Source: Macrostomum lignano
Lineage: Eukaryota
DNA: 64,000 bases
Direction: 5' to 3'
Assembly (NCBI GenBank): GCA_002269645.1
Contig: NIVC01002571.1
Location: forward strand, 1-64,000
In this document: piece by piece, positions 12,101 through 24,100 of the stretch
How the letters are laid out: each line of letters begins with the position of its first letter
Numbering within the stretch: the stretch's first letter is position 1
Notes under the pieces: generated by a model
The model's database searches: none
Told to the model about the DNA's origin: nothing
What the model saw: the letters and a program-made list of their open reading frames with translations, nothing else
Position numbers and translations under genes: made by a program

Positions 12101-15100
12101 GTCCGGAAATGGCGGCGGCTTGGCATGGGGCGACTCGGGAAGAGGAAGGCGGCAGGACAAGCGCCCGGCTGCGGGTTTCTTCACCAAAAATACTGAGGCC
12201 AATTTCTGCGGCGGAAACTCTGCTTTTAAATGGGGATGAGAGAGTGTGGAAGAGGAAGAAGAAGTGAGAGATGGAAGTGTAAGACAGTGAAACGAGAGAG
12301 CGAGGAAGTCAGTAGGGAGCCAGGGAAAGTGAAAATGGAGCCAGTGAGAGTGAACATGGAGCCAGAGTCAGTAAGAGTGAAAATGGAACCAGTGAGAGTG
12401 AAAATGGAGCCAGTGAGAGTAAAAATTGAGCCACAATGAGAGTGAAAAGGGAGCCAGTAAGAGTGAAAATGGAGCCAGTGAGAGTGAAAAGGGAGCCAGT
12501 GAGAGTGAAAAGGGAGCCAGTGAGAGTGAAAAGGGAGCCAGTGAGAGTGAAAAGGGAGCCAGTGAGAGTGAATAGGAATAAGTGTATTAGCAGAGCCAGT
12601 GTCTGAAATCATGCCATTGATTCAAACTGAAACTGATTCAAATTTAGCAATGCCAACAAGCAAAAAAGAAGAATCCGAGAACAGCTTCTGCAGATGAGGC
12701 TGCTGCTCACTCCGCTGAATTCACCGAGGGGGAATATCGGACAAAAGATTTGAGTAGTCCCATAGCCCTTAGCCATTTCCTATCGCGTGCCGGTTGTTCA
12801 ACAAGCATTGTGAGTACCCGATACCAGAATTTCCATTGAAGCGGTCGCTTAACAGGGCGCGAAGGACTTGCCCGAGCCTCAGAGCCTATCGAGTCACGCA
12901 CATAAACAATAATATATCCTTAGGCAATGCAACCTAAAGTCTGGGGATCGATAAAAATAAATCAGATACTGTCTGATCTTGAACCATGATTCCAATAATG
13001 TCAAAAACAAGCCGGCATAGTGAATGAGCCGTAGCGCTGCGATCTTTCTTGGAAAGTTCCTACAAGCCACAGGAAAATTTGTTATGTGGCCGGAACTTGT
13101 CGTACAATTCTCGTCCATGAGAGCCAGCCCCAAGGCAGAGGGAGAGTGTACGTGCCTGACGATTAGAAAGTCAGGGCGTGCCGGCGATCAGCTGGCTGCA
13201 GTATGACTCTGCAATCCAACTGACTAACCTAACAATAAGAAGTCCATGGCAACTAACCCGCAGGCGTCCTGGGCCTCTGGATCGGGTTCAGCATTGTGAC
13301 GCTGTTCGAATTCGCAGAGTTCTTCATCATCTGCGCCTCGTACTACTGGTACCTGTGCATCAGCAAGCTGCCCAGGACGCGCCGCAATCCGCTGCGCATA
13401 CCCAAGGTACTTAATTACCGGCGTCAGGAGGGCCGCGACATCGAGCTCATGACCGACTCCGCCTCGCCCTCCCCAGTCCGGTCGCTGCCGGCGGGGCAGG
13501 CGGCGGGGACGGCGCCGGTGGCGGTGGTGGACGAGGACGAGGAGGCGTCAACAGGAGGAGGGACAGCTGAAAACCACCGCACGGCCAACTCAGAGTCCCA
13601 GCCGCTCAGGGCCGACAAAGGCGACAGCAGGAGGTGACTTTCCATGCCCCCCCCCGATGAAACCTGCCTTCCTCATCTGCCAACCATTCACCCTATGCGC
13701 TAACGAGTCCCCCAGCCCGCCCTGTTTTCCCTGAAAACAATCTGGCCAACCCATCGCCACAAAACCCAAAAACGTTTATTCATAACCAGATCTTCCAGCG
13801 TTGGGCACAAAACTCTTCACAAAAATTAATTTTAAACTTCTGCCGCAGTGGAAGCTAAAAATCATTCACAGCTATAGAGAACAGATGGAAGGAAAATTAA
13901 GTACGGCCACGACAGAAAGCAGAGAAACCGTTGTTTGCTAAGGCAACGCGTGGCTTGCAAACGATTTAGCTGGATACAGAACTGCTTTCGTGAACTAGCA
14001 GAGTTGTCCGCTTCTCGTACAGGAGCTGGTTGCTTCTACCCACACCCGCCTCAGCAGCTGGTTGCTTCTACCCACACCCGCCTCAGCAGCTGGTTGCTTC
14101 TACCCACACCCGCCTCAGCAGCTGGTTGCTTCTACCCACACCCGCCTCAGCAGCTGGTTGCTTCTACCCACACCCGCCTCAGCAGCTGGTTGCTTCTACC
14201 CACACCCGCCTCAGCAGCTGGTTGCTTCTACCCACACCCGCCTCAGCAGCTGGTTGCTTCTACCCACACCCGCCTCAGCAGCTGGTTGCTTCTACCCACA
14301 CCCGCCTCGGGAGCTGGCAGCCCGAAATGCATTGGCAAACAGGCCAGTTCAAAAGTGCATTTCTCGGCCTAACGCGCAGTCTTTCCCAGCTGATTTCAAG
14401 CCCGACAGATTGAAGCACTCGTACATGACAGCACTGAACCTCACCTAGCTGCTTAGTAACTCAGTTTAATTTAAGACCTTGGCTAATCTTTACGTAGCAG
14501 CAATATTTCACTGTCTTACTGCTTCCGCCCGGCATTAAACTTTGCGGCCAATCTACCTCTCTACTCGTAGCTACCGGGCCCGCCTGCACAGTTGGACTGA
14601 CTGGCTCTCCTTCCACTCTGCGAACTGGTTTGTTCCGTCACAGTATATACGCTTTTATACTCGTAATTATGACTGCATTATAATATGTTAATTAGTTTGC
14701 TGTACACTGCATTGCCTGCCGTCAACGGTGACAAGAGTATTCCGCAATACACGATGCTATTGAGAAACTTGCAAGTGATCAGAAAATTTTATAGAACTTT
14801 TGCTATGCAGCTTAACAATTGTCTCATCTACAAATGGGTGACAGTGATTTCAGTGGGTGACAGTGACGTCAGTGGGTGACAGTGATTTCAGTGGATGACA
14901 GTGATTTCAGTGGGTGACAGTGATGTCAGTGGGTGACAGTGATTTCAGTGGGTGACAGTGACGTCAGTGGGTGACAGTGATTTCAGTGGGTGACAGTGAT
15001 TTCAGTGGGTGACAGTGATGTCAGTGGGTGACAGTGATTTCAGTGGGTGACAGTGACGTCAGTCGGTGACAGTGACGTCAGTGGGTGACAGTGATTTCAG

Positions 15101-18100
15101 TGGGTGACAGTGATTTCAGTGGGTGACAGTGATGTCAGTGGGTGACAGTGATTTCAGTGGGTGACAGTGACGTCAGTGGGTGACAGTGATTTCAGTAGGT
15201 GACAGTGATGCCAGTGGGTGACAGTGATGTCAGTGGGTGACAGTGAATTCAGTGGGTGACAGTGACGTCAGTGGGTGACAGTGACGTCAGTGGGTGACAG
15301 TGATGCCAGTGGGTGACAGTGATGCCAGTGGGTGACAGTGATGCCAGTGGGTGACAGTGATGTCAGTCGGTGACAGTGACGTCAGTGGGTGACAGTGATT
15401 TCAGTGGGTGACAGTGATGCCAGTGGGTGACAGTGATTTCAGTGGGTGACAGTGATGTCAGTCGGTGACAGTGACGTCAGTGGGTGACAGTGATGCCAGT
15501 GGGTGACAGTGATTTCAGTGGGTGACAGTGACGTCAGTCGGTGACAGTGACGTCAGTGGGTGACAGTGATTTCAGTGGGTGACAGTGATGTCAGTGGGTG
15601 ACAGTGATTTCAGTGGGTGACAGTGACGTCAGTGGGTGACAGTGATTTCAGTGGGTGACAGTGACGTCAGTGGGTGACAGTGATGTCAGTGGGTGACAGT
15701 GATTTCAGTGGGTGACAGTGACGTCAGTGGGTGACAGTGACGTCAGTGGGTGACAGTGATGCCAGTGGGTGACAGTGATGCCAGTGGGTGACAGTGATGC
15801 CAGTGGGTGACAGTGATGCCAGTGGGTGACAGTGATTTCAGTGGGTGACAGTGATGTCAGTCGGTGACAGTGACGTCAGTGGGTGACAGTGATGCCAGTG
15901 GGTGACAGTGATTTCAGTGGGTGACAGTGACGTCAGTCGGTGACAGTGACGTCAGTGGGTGACAGTGATTTCAGTGGGTGACAGTGATGTCAGTCGGTGA
16001 CAGTGATGCCAGTGGGTGACAGTGATGCCAGTGGGTGACAGTGATGTCAGTGGGTGACAGTGATGTCAGTGGGTGACAGTGATGCCAGTGGATGACAGTG
16101 ACGTCAGTGTGTGACAATGAAGTCAGTGGGTGACAATGACGTCAGTGGGTGACAGTGATGTCAGTGGGTGACAGTCATTATCTGTATACGAGCTAAGCTC
16201 TCTATAATCTGCATTACAAAATTTGCTGCATGTATGCAAATATAACTGTAAATTGGGGCATTCGGTGCACAGATGTCAATCATGCGCCACCCCAAGAAGA
16301 TTTATTGATCTGGCGGCACGGGCAAGGGGGCCTGTTTTATACCGGGCACGCAGAGGCAAGACAGACTTTTTTCAATCTGGCCCGTTTCCGCGTCTGGCTA
16401 CGGGCCAAAAGCTACCGCGATTAGCAATTAATAACTCTTAACTGGCTTATTGGCCACAGGCTGTAGTGGTCTCTACAAATGTATGCATATGCATATATAT
16501 CATTTGTGGTATGCTAACGACAGTATATTGCTTCGTGACTTCGGTTTTGTTTGGCATTCTGACTTCTTCTGGTTTTGGATTCCCGACTTTGGATACGAAT
16601 TCAGTTTTGGACAGGTCAAATTTACAGATGTTTTCTGTCGGTATGCAGCGCAGGACTACCAGTACCGATCATCGGTGAGTTAAGATGATCATCAGTATTG
16701 ACTTTGCAGACTTGCACATTTAGAAATTGTTTCGTAGAATTGTGTATCTGCGTGGCTCCCATTCAGACACGGCAAAGACTACTCTGAAGGGGGAGTGGTC
16801 CCTCTAGGAGCGGATAATTTAGAAATACTCTTGGCATTCCTTGTGATAACCTCTGCTGTTGGAGTTGGAGAAGCGGTCAAAGTAGCGATTCGCTTTCAAT
16901 AGGTTTTGTTCAAGAGAGTCGGATTGGAAGCTGGATGCTCCATGCGAGTATTGATGAAGATTCCCGGCCAGCACCCCCCCCCAATCTCTGCCGCTGAAAT
17001 TCCGCAAGCACCGAGGGCAGCTCCTTTAGCCAAGGACTGTGGGAAAAATAACGGCCGGGGCTTAAGCCAGGGGGATTTTTTGCTGAAAATCTGGAGTGTG
17101 CTAGGACTCTTAACTTAGTCCTCTGTATCTTAAGATCTTTCACAAACTAGAACTTTAATAAGCTAAATCTCTCACAAACTAGAGCTTTTACAAACTAGAA
17201 CTTTAATAAGCTAAATCTCTCACAAACTAGAGCTTTCACAAGCTAGAGCTTTCACAAACTAGAACTTTCACAGACTAGAATTTTAACTTCATACAAAACT
17301 GTTTTAGCATCAGTTTTAACAAACTTTCTCTCATGTTTTTCACACAGGACAAGTTTAAAACCAAAGATTATTTTATTTTTGAACTACAGGAATGCAGAAG
17401 TTATTTTCGATTTTAAGCCTCAACAGTTTTCAATCTGTAACTCGAAATCACCAAGGTGTTTTCAGTCACACGTTTTCAAAGAGATGCTTTCGAAACCAGC
17501 CCGCGTGCAATCGCTGTGGATGAGCTTGAGAGAATAGTAGGCACTCCAAATTCTAGCCCGTGATCACCTTGGCTCAGACAACAACAAAAATCAATCCAAA
17601 GGGCGGGCGCATGACGGTCACGCAGCTGTGGCCGCAGACAGCTTGCAAGGAATTCAAGAATTCAGGATTTCAACAACTGATCTATCTAGGCTTGGGATCT
17701 GAGAGCGGGATTGGGACTGCGGAACTGGGAGGAGCAGAGAGGGGAAGTGGACAAGTGGCGTCAGAGTCAGGCTATGGGTATAGATGGACTAAACTATTTC
17801 AAACTGTAAATAACTGTCACAATAACAGCTTTCAAGGCCGACTAAGCAGTAAATAACTTTGCATTGCGAATACTTGAAATAATTCTACAATCCTGTTATG
17901 TTGTAAATGAAAATTTCTGCAAAAGTCTGCTCCCCCCCACTACGAACTTGAACGTCCAGCGTTCGAAGTCAGCGTTCTTTCCAGCGTTATTTTACATTCA
18001 CCTGATCGGCTAAAATTCTAATTCTGATCCAAAATTGTGTTAACAAGGGGCTTCATCAATCCCTACATCTGTGACTTTATCAATCCCTACATCTGTGACC

Positions 18101-21100
18101 TTATCAATCCCTACATCTGTGACTTTATCAATCCCTACATCTGTGACTTTATCAATCCCTACATCTGCGACTTTATCAATCCCTACATCTGTGACTTTAT
18201 CAATCCCTACATATGCGACTTTATCAATCCTTACATCTGTGACTTTATCAATCCTTACATCTGTGACTTTATCAATCCCTACATATGCGACTTTATCAAT
18301 CCCTACATCTGTGACCTTATCAATCCCTACATCTGCGACTTTATCAATCCCTACATCTGTGACTTTATCAATCCCTACATCTGTGACTTTATCAATCCCT
18401 ACATATGCGACTTTATCAATCCCTACATCTGTGACTTTATCAATCCCTACATCTGTGACTTTATCAATCCCTACATCTGTGACTTTATCAATCCCTACAT
18501 CTGTGACTTTATCAATCCCTACATCTGTGACTTTATCAATCCCTACATCTGTGACTTTATCAATCCCTACATCTGTGACTTTATCAATCCCTACATCTGT
18601 GACTTTATCAATCCCTACATCTGTGACTTTATCAATCCCTACATCTGTGACTTTATCAATCCCTACATCTGTGACTTTATCAATCCCTACATCTGTGACT
18701 TTATCAATCCCTACATATGCGACTTTATCAATCCCTACATCTGTGACTTTATCAATCCCTACATCTGTGACTTTATCAATCCCTACATCTGTGACTTTAT
18801 CAATCCCTACATCTGTGACTTTATCAATCCCTACATCTGTGACTTTATCAATCCCTACATCTGTGACTTTATCAATCCCTACATCTGTGACTTTATCAAT
18901 CCCTACATCTGTGACTTTATCAATCCCTACATCTGTGACTTTATCAATCCCTACATCTGTGACTTTATCAATCCCTACATCTGTGACTTTATCAATCCCT
19001 ACATCTGTGACTTTATCAATCCCTACATATGTGACTTTATCAATCCCTACATCTCTGACTCTATCATTAAAACTCTGTGTTGGCCTGTTTCTGCGCCTAC
19101 AGAAGCAGCCAATTTCGTTTTGTTGCTTTTTGCATAGTTTCTCGAACTTTTTGAGTTTATAAACTTTTCCTGGACAAATTGTTCCGAGTGGGTCGAGAAT
19201 CGAGCCCCCGACCTTTCAGCTGTGAACCCGACACTCTAACCATTCGGTTACAACCCCTCTGCAATTTGTGTCCTTGAGCAAGACACTTAACTCTGCATTG
19301 CTTCAGTTCACCCAGCTGTAAAATGGGTGCCAGCATTAGCTGGGGTAATTGAGGCTGTGTGGCGACCCCCCAGTCCTTGGACTGAATAGACGTACGCAGC
19401 CTTCAGATGCGCCGCGCAATACGAGCTAGCTGCGGCTGAGCTGTCGGTTGCACTCACCCTGCCTATTAGGGTAGGTGTAATAAAAAATTGACGAAGAATT
19501 CACTACTGGACAAAAATTAAAAATGTATAAGTGCTTACAAAAAAATTACAATAATTATAAATTGAACTGAAACCAGCCAATTGTCGCAAGCAGTTGTCAG
19601 TAGCCGTTTTCTCTCAGACTGTTGTAGGCCGGCGCACTCATTAAGAATTTTTACATTAATACGAATTAAAAGAAATTTAAAGTCCGGGAGCTGATCAGAG
19701 GATCCAGAGTCCCAAAGAGAAACGTAAATTTAGAAGGCTGAGCCCAGTAAGCTAAACTAGAGGCTAAATTTGCTCTGTCGTGCGGCGCTTCATAACACAA
19801 CAGATTGATAAAGTCACAGATGTAGGGATTGATAAAGTCCGAGATGTAGGGATTGAATAAGTCCGAGATGTAGGGATTGATAAAGTCACAGATGTAGGGA
19901 TTGATAAAGTCACAGATGTAGGGATTGATAAAGTCACAGATGTAGGGATTGATAAGGTCACAGATGTAGGGATTGATAAAGTCACAGATGTAGGGATTGA
20001 TAAGGTCACAGATGTAGGGATTGATAAAGTCACAGATGTAGGGATTGATAAAGTCCGAGATGTAGGGATTGATAATGCTAAATTACGCAAATATTTGTAT
20101 TGGCACCCCCGTTTGGCAACAAAGAACTGAGAATAGCGAGGTAAGGCCGGCCAAGGGTGTAACAGATTAGGAAAAAATGTTAACGCTCGGTGCCCTGACT
20201 CAGTTAAGTAAGCTCGTGTACGTTGCGGCTTTTTGGATTCGGGGTCGGGACTTGGGTTCGGGAAGAAGCTCGGGATCGGGATTCGAGTTCGGGACGGGGT
20301 TCGGAGTCGGGATTTGGATTCGGGGTCGGGACGGGGTTCGGAGTTGGGATTTGGATTCGGGGTCGGGATTTGGGTTCGGGGTTGGGGTTCGGAGCCGGGA
20401 TTTGGAGCCGGGATTTGGAGCCGGGATTTGGATTCGGGGTCGGGATTTGGGTTCGGGGTCGGGGTTCGGAGCCGGGATTTGGAGCCGGGATTTGGAGCCG
20501 GGATTTGGATTCGGGGTCGGGATTTGGATTCGGGGTCGGGAATTGAGTTTGGGGTCGGGATTTGGGTTCGGGGTCGGGAATTGAGTTTGGGGTCGGGATT
20601 TGGGTTCGGGACGGGTTTCAGGGTTCCCGAGAGATGCTAATGCAAAATAGCCATCTCGTACACACGCGCTATGAAACAAAAGGTGTTGCTACAGCAGAGC
20701 ACAGACTCACCGGCCGCAGAACAGCAGTATGGGATAGGTGGTGCAGATCTTGAACGCCAGCAGGCACATTCCAATCAGAACGTCCGGGGTGGCGTCGTAG
20801 TTCCGCAAGATGTCGCTCTGCACCGCGGCGCCGAAGGACCAGTAGCCGAACACGGCGGTGGCGCTGTAGGCCAGGAAGCAGATCAGCATGGCGAAGGAGA
20901 CAGTGCGGGCGAACTGCGGCAGGCAGCGCCGGCGCATGCAGGAGTAAACAGGCACTACCGACACGTGGCACTGGTAGCCGAAGCAGATGGTGGGCACCAC
21001 GTTGAATACGTCGACCAGGGATTGCGGCCTTGGCGAAAGGTTTTTTGAGTGTTGGGACAGCTTCAACTCCTGCTGCATCTCCAGCTTCCCGAATCCAGCT

Positions 21101-24100
21101 GCATTACCATAAAGTCCTTCTGCTTCATCTACAGCTGCCTAGACCCGCAGCCATTTATGATCAAATCTATCGGCTTCATCTCCAGCTTCCCAGATTCAGT
21201 TGTCATTTATGATCAAACCTATCTGCTGCATCTTCAGCTTCCCAGATCTGGCTGTTATTTATGACCAAATCTATCTGCTTCATCCCCAGCTTCCCAGATT
21301 CGACTGTCATTTAAGATCAAACCTATCTGCTTCATCTCCAGCTTTCCAATCTGCACTTCGTAGGGCATGTCCAAGTGGAGATAAAACAGACATTAAGACC
21401 ACGCTCACGCCCTGAAACGGAGCATCACAGCATTGTACTCCGGCCCCACCCCATCTTCACTAATGCTAAATTAGAATGATGCTCTGAAGGACACTCGAGA
21501 CTGACTTCCTAGCAGGCACTAAAGCATAGCTATTGAAGTGAAGCCAATGACTCGCATTATGAAATTGGAAACGTTAAAACCGTGAAATTTTACTTGAGCA
21601 TGCTATTAGCTATCCGAACCATCTAGTTTTAATAGACTAGAGCTGTTATTGTCACTCACCTGGTGCGCACAGATGTGGAGCTGCTGCCGCCGATGAAGTA
21701 CTTCACAACTACCATGACGCACATGTACAGCACGCCCAGGACACCAGCGGCGCTGTTCAATGCAGAGCGATTGAAAAAATAATAATGCTAACGATATTAG
21801 ATCATCTTTTTTAATCTGCAGCTATTCATGAACTTTAGACGTACGTTAATGAAAAGCCGCGTCAGAAGTTATGAACTTAGGAGTATTGGGTTTGGGGTGG
21901 GTTGCAGTGCACTCAAGGAGCTCAGGGTGGGTTGCAGTGCACTCAAGGAGCTGAAAGTGGGTTGCAGTGCACTCAAGGAGCTCAGGGTGGGTTGCAGTGC
22001 ACTCAAGGAGCTGAAAGTGGGTTGCAGTGCACTCAAGGAGCTCAGGGTGGGTTGCAGTGCACTCAAGGAGCTGAAAGTGGGTTGCAGTGCACTCAAGGAG
22101 CTCAGGGTGGGTTGCAGTGCACTCAAGGAGCTGAAAGTGGGTTGCAGTGCACTCAAGGAGCTCAGGGTGGGTTGCAGTGCACTCAAGGAGCTGAAAGTGG
22201 GTTGCAGTGCACTCAAGGAGCTCAGGGTGGGTTGCAGTGCACTCAAGGAGCTCAGGGTGGGGTTGCAGTGCACTCAAGGAGCTGAAAGTGGGTTGCAGTG
22301 CACTCAAGGAGCTGAAAGTGGGTTGCAGTGCACTCAAGGAGCTCAGGGTGGGTTGCAGTGCACTCAAGGAGCTGAAAGTGGGTTGCAGTGCACTCAAGGA
22401 GCTCAGGGTGGGTTGCAGTGCACTCAAGGAGCTCAGGGTGGGGTTGCAGTGCACTCAAGGAGCTGAAAGTGGGTTGCAGTGCACTCAAGGAGCTGAAAGT
22501 GGGTTGCAGTGCACTCAAGGAGCTCAGGATGGGGTTGCAGTGCACTCAAGGAGCTCAGGATGGGGTTGCAGTGCACTTCAAGGAGCTCAGGATGGGGTTG
22601 CAGTGCACTTCAAGGAGCTCAGGATGGGGTTGCAGTGCACTTCAAGGAGCTCAGGATGGGGTTGCAGTGCACTTCAAGGAGCTCAGGATGGGGTTGCAGT
22701 GCACTCAAGGAGCTCAGAATGGGGTTGCAGTGCACCAAAGGATATACAAGCAAGTCTGATGTCGCAATGCAATAAGAAATGAGCAATACAGTAAGTATTG
22801 CATCTTGGTGTCACAAGTCAAACATCACTGCTGCTCAATCTTAAGGCCATTATTTATACAACAAAGGCCAGGGGCTGACAAATTCGATCCCAATAACCGA
22901 GCTGACCCCCTCCCCGAACTGTTTTTTGACTACATGTATACACAGCTTCCTCCCCCATCAGTGGTGCTCCCTCGCGGGACCCTAAAAGTTAGCGATTGAG
23001 TCCAAATTGAATTACAAGCTGTAAGCGGAGAGAAAGAGCCGCAGACAGGGAGAGATCGGTATGTATCTGTGCCCCCCATGCGATCCCTGCTATGAGTGGT
23101 GGGATGTAGAGAGAGGCTCAGGCGGAATTCGGCAGTAGCAGACAGACAACCCACTCACTAGGGCCTTTCAGGGTGCATCCAGAAAAACACAGTGCGTGAC
23201 TTCCCCACTGGTCTGAACTCTTGCCGTGACAGGCGGCTCTGCATGGCTCGCCTGATTATTATATAACTGTGTCTGGGGTCCGACCAATGCCCATGCTAAG
23301 TAGCTTGGTACCTGCTAGTTAGCTAATAAAGTGAAATTGTGAGTCAAAAGTGAAATTATGAGTCAGTGAGTCAGGCTGTCTTTCCTGTTCAGAGCTCAGT
23401 GGGCTGTCTCCCTTCCCTGTCCCTCAGAGCTCAGTGGGCTGTCTTCCTTCCCTGTCCTTCAGAGCTCAGTGGGCTGTCTCCCTTCCCTGTCCTTCAGAGC
23501 TCAGTGGGCTGTCTTCCTTCCCTATCCTTCAGAGCTCAGTGGGCTGTCTCCCTTCCCTGTCCTTCAGAGCTCAGTGGGCTGTCTCCCTTCCCTGTCCTTC
23601 AGAGCTCAGTGGGCTGTCTTCCTTCCCTGTCCTTCAGAGCTCAGTGGGCTGTCTCCCTTCCCTGTCCTTCAGAGCTCAGTGGGCTGTCTCCCTTCCCTGT
23701 CCTTCAGAGCTCAGTGGGCTGTCTTCCTTCCCTATCCTTCAGAGCTCAGTGGGCTGTCTTCCTTCCCTATCCTTCAGAGCTCAGTGGGCTGTCTCCCTTC
23801 CCTGTCCTTCAGAGCTCAGTGGGCTGTCTCCCTTCCCTGTCCTTCAGAGCTCAGTGGGCTGTCTTCCTTCCCTGTCCTTCAGAGCTCAGTGGGCTGTCTC
23901 CCTTCCCTGTCCTTCAGAGCTCAGTGGGCTGTCTCCCTTCCCTGTCCTTCAGAGCTCAGTGGGCTGTCTCCCTTCCCTGTCCTTCAGAGCTCAGTGGGCT
24001 GTCTCCCTTCCCTGTCCTTCAGAGCTCAGTGGGCTGTCTCCCTTCCCTGTCCTTCAGAGCTCAGTGGGCTGTCTTCCTTCCCTGTCCTTCAGAGCTCAGT

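Noticed and set aside
13040-13120. Possible GIY-YIG/Penelope remnant (RKICYVAGTCRTILVHE)
   Set aside because: Only a vague motif resemblance in a short open stretch, with no flanking RT sequence.
14836-16175. CRISPR-like array
   Set aside because: Units abut with only a 3-bp variable slot; there are no unique spacers, no cas genes, and the context is eukaryotic. The same applies to all other arrays.
19185-19257. Functional tRNA-Val gene
   Set aside because: The acceptor and T stems do not pair properly, the B box is degenerate, and it abuts a SINE CORE domain.
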